A stretch of 61,363 bases of DNA, counting the filler, from Kipferlia bialata (lineage: Eukaryota): the NCBI GenBank assembly GCA_003568945.1. It is 4 parts of 4 records of this genome, joined end to end, with 100 filler letters (N's around TTAATTAATTAA, not from the genome) between each part and the next. Parts side by side here need not be neighbours in the genome. Positions count along the whole stretch, not along the records: positions 22,334 to 44,562 come from BDIP01000301.1; 3 more parts are not named here. One strand, given 5' to 3'. This document shows, piece after piece, positions 28,601-42,238 of this stretch. The position numbers and the translations under genes were made by a program. The notes below the pieces were generated by a model. It saw only the letters and a program-made list of their open reading frames with translations. It did not search any database and was not told the origin of the DNA. Numbering within the stretch: the first letter of the stretch is position 1; every line of letters begins with the position of its first letter.

Positions 28601-31600
28601 CAAACACACGGTAATGGAAATACTGATACATCTATACACATACCTGCTGACTAGCTGTGCGCTGTGACCGTCTGGCTGGGGTGGGAGGCGCCCTGGCCCT
28701 ACTCCCGTCTCCGCCCCAGGGAGAGTCTGCAGACTCATCCGCCGACTCTGACTCTGGCTCTGACCCCCCACTCTGCATGTCAGCCTCCTGCACCAAGGGG
28801 TCATCCAAGGGGTCATCAAGGCCATCACTGTCGCTGCTGATGTCATCCGGGTCGAAGGTCTCCCTCTCCCCCACCCTCCTCAGTCTGCGTCTGGTTAGGG
28901 CGGTGGGTGTCCTTGGGGCCTGGGGCTGTCTGGGCTGGGTGGGTATGGGGTTGGCGGTGTTGAAGGGCAGGGGGGCCTCTGTCTCTCCATCATCCTCCTC
29001 GGCATCAGCCAGGGCACGGGTGGGGGGGCCCTCCTGTGCTACCTGGGGATGAGGTAAAGGTATAGAGACACAGTGTCATTGGGGACTGATACTAAGTAGT
29101 ATCATCATCTACCCCACCTGGTCTCTGGTGTGTCCGTCATGGAGGCTCCACTCATAGGTGACTGATCCATCGTTGTCCATCCTGACGCACCAACAGTCAG
29201 GGAGGGTGCTGGGGGTCAGACTCCAAGAGTACTGTTACAGTAATGAGTCATGGGAGCATATCCCCTACATATACAGTGCATCCCCACCTGCTGTCCATAT
29301 CCTCCAGTGTCCACCCCCTGCCGGGTATCATGCCTCCATATGGGGGTAGATAGAACTCAGGTACTACACGTGTCTGCATGGCTGGGGTCAGACATAGTGA
29401 CACAGAGACTACCATGAGGTGTACACACACACCGTACCTACTATCCTGTGTCTGAGTGTGGCTATGGCCTCACTCTCCCCCGTGTGTGATGCCGCCTCTC
29501 CCTCCATGTCTAGGGATGGGTCATACTCCGGTATGTCCAGAGTGTATGCATTTCCCATCTGGTCCCCAACCTCGGAGCTCCCTAGATACCCCTCAAACAG
29601 TAGGGGGGGCTGGGACTCAACGTCAAAGAACTGAGGTGAGGCACAGTCTACAAAAACAACGCGACACCCTTTACACAAATTGAGCCCCCAACCTGTTCCT
29701 GTGGGGCTGCCAGGTACTGTGCCCTGTTCCCCCTACCCACCAGTACCACATAGCCGGTGCCTGCGATGTCAGTATCACTGGAATAATACTCCACTCTAAA
29801 TGAGAACTGCACCTGTGCTGATGGCCATGTTGGGCCCCGGGTGACTGGTGTTCCAGGTCATGTCGTTGACACCTGGGGGGTCAGTATGTGGAAACACATA
29901 ATACTCATTACACTCATACTCATTTAAACATATACAACGGTGTTAGCACAAACGATACAGGGTCGGCTGCCTGGTCCAAGGGAACGCCGCTTTGCAAATG
30001 TATGACCCCACCTATCCCGCTGTATGGGGGCATGGCCAGGACTGACTGGGGCAGACCGAGGTGGTTGAGGAACAGCACACCTGGGCCAGGCAGGGCAAGA
30101 ACAACACCTGGGGGGTGAGGACATGCAGTATTAAATTCATGGTGTACGTGATTGTCATATAACAGAAAGACACCTGCCCTATGCTTATAGCAGCAAGAAT
30201 ACATGACACCAATACCCACCTGCCCTGTGCCTGGGCATGGACTGCCACCCGACTGTGGCCATGCCACTGGCACACCCAAACACAGGCAGACAGTAGGCCA
30301 GCCTGGGGAAGGGTACGGTCTGCACGCTCTGTCTGGCAGAGGGTGTACCCAGGATGGACGTGAGGTCATAGGCCAGACAGTACCCCTTGCTGATCTCAGG
30401 CTTCAGTCTGTGCCTTGCATCGACTAGGGTGTTGGGGGCACCCCCCCTCACCAGCACGTCCATGTACAGTAGGGTGTTGTCAGACATCCACCGCACCTCA
30501 CTCCGGCCCTCTATCACAATGGGCCTCTCAGCAAAGGAAGGCGGGAGGTGGCGGAGCAGGAAGGGCCTGGGGGTGACACATGAACATACAAATAATACAG
30601 TATCCATGACACTAAGACGCTAAGGATCATATAACAATGGAACTACCCCCGTACCTCACAGCCAGGTTAGCCACCACCCTGTGTGTCACTCTGCTCCTAT
30701 AACACCTAGCCAGCACACTCTCCCCCTCTAAGTGAGCATCCACAGCACAGCTCATGGCACTCCGGGCCTTTCTGTCCAGCACAGGCATCGTCCCGTAGGC
30801 TATGCGACAGGCCACAATGACACCCTCGCCTGAGGTGGTCTGGATGCCTGGGGTGAACACACAAAGAGATAAGGAGATAATTATGAACTTCCTAATGGAG
30901 AGTGTCCAAAGATATAAGGGAGTGCTAAACCAACCTAGGTAGTGTGGGAGTGCCCTGCCGGCATTGGAGTCGAGCCCCTCTGCCTCCTGCTGCCCCTGTC
31001 CCTCTGTCGCCATGACCCCCACCCCAGCTGGGGTGGAGCCAAAAGCAGCACCGGCGATGACAGCACCGGGGACACTCACCTGGGGGGAGGGGTTGGAATA
31101 TAATAGTAGACAGATCCAAAACACTGAGACGACACATCTACACCCTATACCCACCCACCTTTGTGGCCCTGCCCATGTCGACTGGCAGCCCCCTCAAGAG
31201 TGGCTCCACGGGGTGTAGCATCAGGCCCTGGCTGGACAGGGTGAAGAGCATCGAGAAGTCCCCATCGACATCGAGGGAGGTGAGGGAGACACCGTCGTAG
31301 CTGTTGGGGGGCCTGGGTATGAGCTGCCCCAGCACCTGGCACCTCACCCTTCTGAAGCACTCGGGGTTGGTGGCCAGAGACCCTGGGGGTGGGTGAGATC
31401 AGGTATGTGGGACAGACGAGGATATACATGCACTGTAGTGTAGCCCACCTGGGTGTCTTGGGAGGTCCACCCCCCCTCCCTCTGGCACGACCACCTCTGA
31501 CCTCAGCGACACCCTGCCTATGGTGCTGTCTGCACCTACCAGCAGGATGGAGGGGTCCCTCTCCCACGCAGAGACAGAAGGGACAAGGGAGTACAGGATC

Positions 31601-32771
31601 TTCTGGCTGCTGTGCACCTGGGGGTAAGACAAGTGATACATATACATGCATGTTTATGTACATAGACCCACCTCCTGTCCGAATGTTGCCTCAGTCAGAC
31701 ACCCATACAGCCTGGAGAAGAACACGAGTCTGGGCGAGGAGGGGGGGTGGGGCCGGAGGGAGGGGGCACTGCAGAGCAAGGTGGGTGTGTTGGTACTGAC
31801 CCCCAGGTGTGGCTGCATGTCAAAGACCAAGAGGTAGTCTGGATACACACTGCACACAAGGTGTCTGCCGTCAGGAGCCCACTCCAGCTGCGTGGTCATG
31901 TGAGGGGGGTTGGAGGCGGGGGGAGGGCCAACGTCTGAGGGTGAGAGGTATAGCCATGGAGGAAGAAGAATGTGGGAGGGGGGGGGGGGGTCGCCCACAG
32001 GTTCTGCCTGATGGAACACAGAACATATACGTCTCCTCTCACCTCTGAATGAGCACAGCACGTGCAGGAGCAGGCCTGTCTGGCTGTCCCACACCTTGAC
32101 CACCCCCTCATCACACCCAGTGGCCAGGTACCTAAGGGTAAGAGAGAGTAGACTGATACTGATACTGATACTGATACTGATCACACCCAGTGGCCAGGTA
32201 CCTGGAGGTGAGGGAGGGGCACACTATACAGGGGTTGTATAGTACTATATGAACATACTCACATGCCGTCTGGGCTGAATGAGCTGGCAAAGACCGCCGA
32301 TCTGTGCCCCTTGAGCATGGCCAGGGGGACATGCCCCGAGGGGGAGGACGTACACACAGCCAGGGCCTGCGACACATCGGGGGAAAAGGTGAGCTCTGCG
32401 GCACACAGGATGCGGCTGGTGTGGGGGAGGGGGGACGGCATCCCCAGGCGCCTCCACAATACCCCCGACTGCAGACACCGGCTGGCATGCCTCTGTGTCT
32501 CCATCTGCTCTATCTGCCCCAACCGATATGCCTCCAGGGCAGCTGCCAGCTGTGCCACTGACCACTGTGTGGGGGTGTCTCGGGATGCCCTGTCTGACAC
32601 CATCAAGGTGTCCCCAGACTCAGACCCACCCTCATCGCTCGCAGACAGGTCAATCAGGTGCCGCAGAGACCCGTCCTCATCAGACACAGCTCGAACCAGA
32701 CCACCCAGCCTCTCGAGACCAGCCGAGAGAGAGAGATGGGGCGAGACTGGGTCTCCCCCACCTGGGCCCAT
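25652..32771 (-). CDS. BRWD/PHIP-like WD40-repeat and bromodomain protein, multi-exon
   Basis: N-terminal LKGHRSAVFASSFSPDG/RYLATGCDEGVVKVWDSQTGLLLHVL is a WD40 repeat like BRWD1/PHIP. PWTPVVGERV resembles YVPQMGDEV. C-terminal YSPVSTLARVPNYWEVVPLAADVSSVIVKLLAGQYY is bromodomain-like. Confidence 0.75.
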
Positions 32772-33035
32772 CCACTCAGAGGGAGAGAGAGGGCCGCACT
32801 AGTCGGGCACAGTCAGGCACCAGGGGGTGGCTCTAGGATACAGAGGCGTCACAAGTAGTGAAACAGTCCAATGTCAATGTCTAAACGACCTTTTGGTGCA
32901 AGTATACCACTACGGGTGACTGAAAGAGACAATGCACTAGGTGCTGAGGCTTGAAACACTTGCCGCCAGGAAACGTTCAGACGTTCAACTGTGGAGGGCT
33001 TGGATTCAAGCGGCCCCCTCTCTCTCTTGCTGTCC
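32772..33035. promoter_or_regulatory. Probable short bidirectional promoter
   Basis: About 260 bp between the divergently oriented BRWD-like and helicase start codons (position-based inference only). Confidence 0.35.
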
Positions 33036-35955
33036 ATGGGCGATGCCCATGAGTCAGAGGATGCGCATGTACCGTCTGGTCCCCATCAGAAGAGACTGAA
33101 GGGGCAGAAGGGGCAGAAGGGGCAGAAGGGTAGGGGGTGGAGGGGGCACACACCGAAGCAGAGAAGGTACCCTTGGTTGACATGTCATACATCCTGTTAC
33201 ATAACCCAGTGCATATGTCAAGACTACATGCCGTCATGGATACAAGCACCACGGTTAGTTAATACGCACACAAGTGGAATCCCCCCTCCCCCCCGACTCC
33301 AGTACTCACCCTTCCGCAAGTGTCTCCTTTAGGCCTCTGGTCCGTGGTTCCACAGCGCATTTCACACCCTCTCCTCCCCGGGTTTACACCCTGAAGAGTT
33401 ACCAGAAGGAATTGGTTGCCAAGGTACGAGGTGTATATACAGTCATCCCACAGTATTACTGCTTGAGTGACCGATCCACAATGTGATCAGTGGTGTCTGT
33501 AGGGTCTTCTTTCTCTTACTCTTGTCATAACTATATTATACCAGACTCTACATCCCTTCCCACCACAGTACATCCTATGACTCTATGTATCTCTCCTTAT
33601 TCTCTCTCTTGCCCTGATTCTCCTCCCTTCTTCTGTGTTGCTGACCCTGTCTCCCACACCTAGGCCTCATGGCACTCTCTCCATAGACCCTCTGTCATGT
33701 ATATATACATCTATACTGTACACTCACCCCAGGCCATGTCCCACGAGGGTGCCTCCCTGGTGTCTCTGCCCACAGGCACCGGCAAGACATTTGTGGCAGC
33801 GGAGTGGATACACAGACGCATGGAGAGGGTGTACCAACAGTGTGACACCCAGACTGACATACCCTCTAGACCCACACCCTCTAGGGTGGCATGGTTCCTG
33901 GTGCCCACAGAGGCACTCGCACAGCAGCAGGTGGGGGTGTTACAGAGGAAAACATGAATATTGAATGCATAGTGTACAACACTTTCCCCTCCCCCACCCC
34001 AGGCTAGTGCCCTCCGAGACTACTACCTGTGCACCGGTGGGTACAGTGTGTGCCACCTACAGCACATGGGGGATGGGCCCCACCTGGAGTCTGTTCTGGC
34101 TGCACATGATGTGGTTGTGTGCACAGCTGGTACCCTCTGCAACATACTCAGTCTGCCCCGGTACAGACAGGTGTGCGTGTCCCTACCCCAGTGTATAGGG
34201 GTTGTGTTTGACGAGGTGCATCAGCTGAGGGGCCAGAGTGATATGGCCCTCATAGCTGAGGCCCTGGCAGCAGAGGCCTCCCCCTCCCCTGTCCTGGGTC
34301 TGTCTGCCACCCCCGCTGTATCATTCTCAGCTGATGCCACGAGGGTGTCCATACAGACACTCACACAGTCATTAAGGGCTAGGGTGCTGGTATGTGAGGA
34401 GGGGGAGAGCGCTGAGGAGCTGGCCTCTGTTTCTCAGAGTGTCTCCATCACCAGAGTATATCCATCGTGTCCTCTCATGCCTTATGAACATGTGCATATG
34501 AGAGAGGGCCTACCTGCGCTGCAGTATCTGAGTACCCTACCCCCTCTGATACCTGAGTCTGACACTGGTACCCTGGTGTCAGTCGTACGGGCTCTAAGGG
34601 ACTTAAGGTGATTGTTCCCTTCTGTATGTATAGAGTACTGATCAGTCTTGACACTGTACCGTATGGGCGTTACGTTCTATCGTCACCCCAGGTCTGCCGT
34701 GACCTCTCTGTTTCCCCAAATATGCATGTCTATTATGCAGCACAGTGTAAGCAGGGTGTGTATTGGGACTACCAATGGAACTCAGAGTACAGACACAGAG
34801 ACAGGGAGAGAGGTCGGGTCCAGTGTTGTGGCCGCCTCGTCACTATTGGGAGAGGGGCAACTGCTGTACTTCTGTGAGACCCAGGTGGAGGCATTGCTGG
34901 CCAGCTGCTGCTTCAATGCTCTAGGTGAGATATGAAAGAGCAGCCCCAATGTGTATATCGTGATAATGATGGATTTCGTCCACAAGTGATAGAACTACTT
35001 CATCCACCCTCACGCTCCAGGCATAACCTCCTCCTATATAGTTGGTAAGGCTCCCCGCAGGTCCTTCACTGCCCTGTCCTCTGCACTTGGCCTACCCCCT
35101 CAGTCCACGGCATCTGTGTTAGACAGACTGCAGAGTGGGGTATTGAGGGTGCTGTGCAGCACACCGGTGGGCAGGGAGGGCATCGATGTACAGTCACTCA
35201 CCAGGGTGGTGTTGCCATGCCAGGTGGGTCATCTGATGGATATACTGGTGGTGTATGTATAATATTATATATACTGTATATGTATATACCCACCCCAGGT
35301 GCAGCACCCCGAGCACTGGCAGCAGGCCATTGGTAGGGCTAGGCAGAGGAATAGCCAGGTGTATGTGATGGTCAATAGGGACACGGACAACGTGTCCCTT
35401 GCGGTGCAGTCTCTGACAGACATGTCACAGCACATACTGTCAATTGGTAGACAGGGCGAGCTCGGTCATGACAGGGACAACACCAATCCTAAGTCATGTG
35501 GCAGCCCTAACTCTGATCCTGCTGTCCGTATTGGCACCAAAGTTGTTGAGCTGAACCCCCGCACTGTATCGCAGTGTGTCAATGAGATGGTGGGCAAGGC
35601 TCCGGGTCTATTCCCCGGTGTCACCAGGTCCAAGGACTGTGTGGGACATGCAGAGCAGTCATCCACCCAGCCACCCCTGTGGAGAGTCACTGCATGCATA
35701 TGTGGGTGTGAGGGTGAGGGTGTGGCTCCCAGGAAGGCTGCTGCCTCTAACCATGCCCTGGTAGATGCACTGGTCAATGCCCTAGATGCTGGATGCATAC
35801 CAAGGGAGGTGGCACACTTGGATATGCCGCAGGGACACACCGAGGAAGGGGAACAGGAGAGTGCTGCTGAGGCAGGAGGTCCTTCTTCTCCAGATGCATT
35901 TGGTGATGGAAGGTTTGACTTGAATGACTTGTTAACACATCTTCCATTTCCTTGA
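33036..35955 (+). CDS. Dicer/RIG-I-family DExH helicase with C-terminal dsRNA-binding domain, no RNase III
   Basis: Q-motif LKSYQKEL, motif I LPTGTGKT, Ia FLVPTEALAQQQ, II DEVH, III SAT, V STPVGREGIDVQ, VI QAIGRAR. C-terminal PPLWRVTACICGCEGEGVAPRKAAASNHALVDAL fits the dsRBD consensus. Confidence 0.85.
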
Positions 35956-36185
35956 CACTACAATCTTCATAGCGTAAACGGAACCCACTGTTATCCGTTA
36001 TAGAGGTCTGTGTAGACTTTGTGTGATTTATCGAGTTGTTTTTGCTTCTTTAGCAAGAATAAGGGTTGATTATAAACCAAAAACGTGAAAGGGGTGTTGT
36101 CGCGAATTCAGCTTTCTGTCTCATACAGTGAGTGCCGCAATAGGCCCTGTGAGTGTGAGAGTGTGCTGGGCCTCCAGGGCAACAC

Positions 36186-39100
36186 ATGATATGCGGCGTG
36201 ATAGTGACTCGAGCCGGTGTGAAGCCTCGGTCCATCGTGCTTGAGGTTGATGCCGCAAAGGGCACCATCACAGCTGAGCTGGTGTCCAACAGACTGAGGC
36301 AGACCACCGCTGTGCCTATCCCAGCTGTCTCCATACCCACAGATGTGTTGGGGTCCCCAGGTGTCCATCTACTGCATGTCAACGCCGACCCCGTGACTCT
36401 GTGCATGCTAAGTAGTGAGGTACCCAAGGGCCTGGTCTCAGAGGTGGCCTCTCTCAAGTGCAGCGTGTCCTGTGCGTGCTTTATACTACTACTGAGGTCC
36501 CTGTCCATCCAGAACATCCCTGCCATCGACAATGTGGCTCTGATCTCCCCTGCCTCCCTGCTGTTGTTATTGGGGTCTCTGTCTGGGACAGGTCCCATGG
36601 CCACTGAGGCACCCACCACACACAGGGGCAGGATGCACAACGCCACGCTGCTGCTAGACACCCTGCAGGGCATACTGGGCCCAGAGGTCTCGCTGAAGCA
36701 CATCGATACCCAGGTGAGGGTCACTTCATATATATGTCCTGTAGAGTATACTGCTATATGATCTGCAGTTCCGAGGTGGGGGGGGGGGGGAGTTACACGT
36801 AGTATGACGGTCACTCCCTCCCCTCTCTCCAAGAGTGACACTCCAATATTCTCTCTTCTCCCCATACCTCATCTTCTCTCTGTCTCACCCCCCAGGCCCT
36901 GTGTTCCCGTCATCCCTTTGCCATACTGTGTGCATTCGACATAGTGTACTCTCTGTTCCATGGACGGTTCCCAGACCTGCCCCAGCTACCAGAGTACAGG
37001 TGTGGCCGTGTGGATACTCTTTACTCATGAGTGTGTGATAGTTATATACCCCCTATACTCAATTACATACTCCAGGTATGTATTTACATTATATTTACAC
37101 GTCAGTGTATGATATGCCCCTATATATGAAGTCTCACCCCAGTGCCGCTGAGTTCACGTACATAGCCAAGTCTCAGCTGGCACCATCAGGAGAGGGGGAG
37201 AGAGGGGAGAGGAGGGAGAGGAGAGCACGTACACCCCGCAGGGGAGACAAAGGGCGTAGGGATACCACCCATACCCCTCGGTCACCGAGGGCGGGTAGGG
37301 AGACACGGCGGCGAACCCTGACCCCCCGCACCACTGACAGTCAGAGTGTGAGGCAGAGGCACAGCACCAGAGTCAGACATGGGGGGCATGGGAGGCATGG
37401 GAGGCATGGGAGAGAGAGTCTGGAGAGGGTGGCCAGGCGGTCCAGGTCTGTGTCTCTGCCTAGGGCAGGGTCGAGGGGCAGGGGTGGCAGAAGGGGGGGT
37501 AGGGCGTACAGGGGTGTACGTGATAGGTCCCAGTCTGCCTCTGTCCACAGGCCTAGCATGGGTAGGGGGAGGGGTAGGGAGTCGCCCTCCCTGCCCCGGG
37601 GTGCCAGACGGTCCCAGTCCCTCAGACCCCACTCAGCCAGGGTCAGTGGGTCGAGGGAGAGAGGGAGGGGGGCAGTGCGTGGCCGGAGGAGTGTCTCCCA
37701 GGGCAGGGAGTCTCTATCCCTGCGGCGTAGGAGGCCCCTCTCTCACTCAGCCAGAGGGGAGGGGGAGAGGTTCTCTGGCAGGAGTGTGTCTCTATCCAAC
37801 CCGATGAGGAGGGGAGAGAGGAGCAAGAGCAGGGGGAGGGGTAGACGGGGTAAGCCTCGCAGGCGTGTCCGGCGTACTCTGCATATGCCTGAGGGTGAGG
37901 GTCTGATGGATGCGCACCATGCTGTGACAGGGCAGAGGAGGGGGGGAGACATGCCGTCTCTGCCTGTCCTGAGGGATGTACTAGTAAGGGGGAGCAGGGG
38001 GGAGAGAGAGAGAGAGAGGAGGGACAAGGTGAGCATGAGTGTGGAGAGTGCTGCTGGGCTAGGGGGTCAGACGGTGGATGCACCAGCCAGTGATGCTGAG
38101 GGGGGGCACTCCCAGTCGCCTGAGGCACAGGACCTGTTCTCAGCTCATCCCTTACCAGCAGAGGCATCCATCAGGTAGGGGTGGATTGGGTATAAGAGTA
38201 TTGTGATACTCTCATCGTGTCAGTACTCATATGCCGAGACCCTTACTGCAGCATTGCAGGTATCAGTGTCATCTGTCAGTATCCAACACTCTCTGTATTG
38301 TCAGTATGTGTGAGTCTTATGTAAAGTATCATACGCATATGTACATGTACGTGTTCAGACCCCAGGGCCCTGTGGGGTGAGACCACCACCCAGGTCAGAA
38401 GGCAGGGGGAGAGGGAGAGAGAGAGAGAGAGAGAGCGGTCGGTGTCCCTAGCCAGGTCCAGGTCACCCTCCCAGCCACTCACACACGCAGAGAAGGTTCG
38501 ACATCTACATACATACTCACACATACATGTTCATTTGTTCATTCATATACCTTATGCTACCTCTCCCCTCTGACCCCCCAGGTCCAGCGAGCCAAGGACA
38601 GACGCATGCAACAGGACGTGGCCAGGTACAGGAAGAGTCTGCTGCTGGCCAGACAGAGTGCGGCTGAGCACCTGTACACATCACTCCTGAGGGAGGGGCT
38701 CAAGGTACAGAGTATATATATGTATGTATATATATATATACTGAGGGAGGGGCTCAAGGTATCGTCTATTGTTATATGTATATACCCTGAGGGAGGGGCA
38801 CAAGATGTGTTGCATGTTGTAACATAATGGTAGAATAGGTTGGAATATGTTTAGGATATGTGTCATAAATTTCTGCGGGTGAGGGGGCTCCAGGTGTTTT
38901 GGATGGAATGTTGATGCCAGTCCCACTCATCTCTCACACCCTCAGGTTGAGCGGCAGAACCTTGTGGACGAGGCCCACTGGTACAAGGATGAGTATGAGG
39001 AGAGGGAGAGAGAGACCCGGGTCAAGAAGGAGGCAGAGACCAAGAGAGAGAGCGACATCCTCAACATGCTACAGGAGACGGTGGAACAGGCCAGGTGGGT

Positions 39101-39714
39101 ATTAGTATGACGGTTCAACGATACATCTTCTATTTGGTAGTGCACAAGATAGGTATCCATAAGTATGTGTGTACCCTGACCCCTTAGGAAGGAGAAGAGA
39201 CAGGCCGAGAAGGAGGCCATCAGGGCAGAGAGAGAGAGGGCAGCTGAGCTCAGGAGGCAGTCTGACCTGAGGAGGAGGGACTTTGTGTCTCGCATGTCAG
39301 GGATGGACATGGGGGACGTGCCCCCGCTGCCTAGGTATGTGGGTGATCATGTGGGTGTAGCTCAAGTATATAATCATTACCCACCTCCTCCCTAACCCCC
39401 AGGGTGCGTGATGTGAGTGATGCTGTTCTTAACAGACTCAAGGAGTATAGGTTGGCAGAGACACTCCTGCCAAGGTACCGGGTGTTGGGTGCATACGATT
39501 CCGTAAAATGCTTCAGTCTCAACATCGATTGTCGCTCCTATACATCTCCCCCACCCCCAGGTATGTGCAGCAGTCTGTCCTCCCCGAGCTTCCCTCCATA
39601 TCCCACCCCCGTGCATCCAGCAGAAGGCACACCCTGTCCCCACATAGACCCAGGCGGGACAGGGTGGCTGAGTCAGACCACCACATGTACGACGCAGTGG
39701 ACTGTGACGGATAG
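36186..39714 (+). CDS. Hypothetical multi-exon protein with Arg/Ser/Gly-rich low-complexity centre and charged coiled-coil C-terminal exons
   Basis: ORFs 36186-36761 and 37078-38178 plus short exons flanked by ccccag/gt (38582, 38946, 39188). Confidence 0.55.
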
Positions 39715-40447
39715 ATGTGGTAGTGTATTCATGTTCATGTGTTCATAGGTGTTTGAAAACACTTGCTTGAATGCAAGGCTGTTTCATTATTACAGTGTTG
39801 CGACATAGCGATAGGTCAGCTGGCAGTCTCAAAATGGCCCATCAGATGTGAATGGCTGAGTATGAATGTGCTCAATATGAATATATTGCTATATATATAT
39901 ATTGCTCACGGAATATACAATAATAATACCCAGTGCCCAACAAAGAATACCCCAGCACCTATTCAATAATCTACGGCATCTCATCAGTGGATTTCAACAG
40001 GCTGAATGCAATTCACTGCTGAAGAAAGTGTATGCCAGTCCCAACTAGGAAAGCATGGGATGTAAGAGAATGATGTAAGAGAGATTGTCTCTCATCATCA
40101 GATACAGGGTAAGATCGCAAGTAACTACCGTGTTCACAGGGTTACATACACACATGTTGCATGATGCTAAACGACACAACGTTTCCTCTTCACTGCGCAC
40201 ATGGTGCGTACTGAGAAGAAGACTCTCAGACTCGGACGAAATCACGACCAGACAGGAAGCAGCTCTCCAATGAATCTGATCACGGAATATAGGACACGGG
40301 GCTCTGGGTAAATCATGTCTCGAGAACACGCCAGAGCTGGCCATGCTCATCCCAAAGGGATCACACAACTGGGAGAGCCAAGTGCCAGCCAGCAGCACAG
40401 CTAAATGTACCTGTGCAGGTGCATGATGTATGAAGCTACACATTGCA

Positions 40448-42056
40448 CTACAAGCAGTGTCTGAGCATGTGCAGGGGATGGGCTGATGTCCACACCTCAG
40501 ACTCACACAGCATGCACTTGGCCTTGCCCTTGGTAGAGGTAGAGGTAGTGGTAGGGGCAGGGGGTGATGCTTCTCCAGCCCCCTCCGCTTCCTCCTCCAC
40601 ACCCTCACCACCCTCTCTGCCACTAGTCCCTGTGACACAGTCAGAGCCAGACACCGCGACATCAGCTGGTGGGTGCTCTGTCTTGATGTGTGCCAGCAAC
40701 TCTGACCCACCCCCCACCCACCCACACACACAGCACCGCACAGAGGGACAGGTCACCCGCGTCACATCCCCAGAGTGCCAGATCTAAGGGGTGAGACACG
40801 GGTGGATTGATATGTCTGTAAGGTATATGTATGTGTATTTAGACATAGGTGTCTGTACCTGGTGCATTGTGATGAGCGGCAGGTACCCCTCGAGGGCATC
40901 CACCCTAAGAGACAGAGTATCTGTGCCCATCTGGGTGTGGTTGTGAGGCCCCCTCCTGTTGAGGTGTATGGGCAGGGTAGACACCTCGAGTGTCTGTCTG
41001 AGTGTGTGCAGCAGGGGGTGGGAGTGCATCAGTCCAGCCACGGTCAGGGCTGACAAGGACAGGCTGGACAGGACAGACCCATAGGACACCCAGGTCCTGA
41101 AGGTATCTAGGACAGTGGTGCATGGGTGAGGGGGGGGGGGGGGATATGGGATACACAACAGATGAGGATAGACACATGGAGAGAGAGTAGATGGGGAAGG
41201 CATCGAGCACAATGGGTCATGAGCCAGTGGTAGGGGTGAAGGGTACACCCCATGTACTTCTCTACGTCATGTCGATGTACCTGCTGTGTCCAATGTAAGG
41301 GTGTCCAGTGCCGGGGGTGCCTGATAGTCAGGTGTCAGTATACAATAGACTATACGATATGGCTACATACAGATACATACCTGTGTGGCCGGTGCCCTGC
41401 TGTATATATGACCCAGGACAGGGTGGGACGGGACAGGGCCGATCTGAGGTATTAGGGTATGTTCCCAGTATTGAAGAGTTGAGGCAGAAATATATGTAAT
41501 ATACCTAATACAGTGTATTATGGTATATGAAGAGTAGAACATCTCATAGTGCATTACATATTCATCAACACATTGATTGAGAGTGTATATAGGCTCATGA
41601 CATAAACAGGTACACACTCCCAGCCTCTTGTACAAGGCAAACCAGAACACCACTACCCACCTTGAGAGTGTGTGGGGATGTGATGAGCCTCTTGATCCCT
41701 GTGTCTCTGATGCTGAACAGCCTGGGGCACTCCACCACCACCACCTCGGTCTGGGTGGATAGCACAACACGTGCAGGCCCCATACCCACCTGGGAGGGGG
41801 GGACAGGCACCCCCCCACTCTCTCTGGCAGAGAGCACAGCCATACCAACCACAGGGAGAGAGAGGGCGTTGGATATGATGGGGGCAGCCTGCTTGAGAGG
41901 CACACACACGATGTGCAAAGGGTAGGCAGGAGAGGCTGGGGTGGCGGGTATGGGGTAGGAGGCGCCAGTCACATAGGCCTCGCACCTATCCAGCAGCCCA
42001 GACACAGGGATATGCCCCCCCACATACACCTTCTGCCCAGGGGTTAGTTCACGCAT
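40448..42056 (-). CDS. Hypothetical multi-exon protein with C-terminal zinc-finger-like motifs
   Basis: ORFs 41595-42056, 40784-41248 and 40448-40765; CCVCGW...LLAHIKTEH and CMLCE...HMLRHC resemble C2H2/C2HC fingers. Confidence 0.45.
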
Positions 42057-42238
42057 GAAAACACCAGTGTAGGAAGGTGACCGGTACCGGTACCGGTCTG
42101 TGGGCTGAGTAAAGGGTTCTGGTTGATGGAGACAGAAACACAGGTGCTCACCTGTCTAAGTGCATCTCTTCTGGCACTCACCTTGACGTTGACCCTGACC
42201 CTATACCCCTGGTACCCTATAGACAGACACATAGAGAC

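Noticed and set aside
25782..29052. Many + strand ORFs overlapping the BRWD-like gene
   Set aside because: Antisense shadows of GC-rich coding sequence with no independent motifs.
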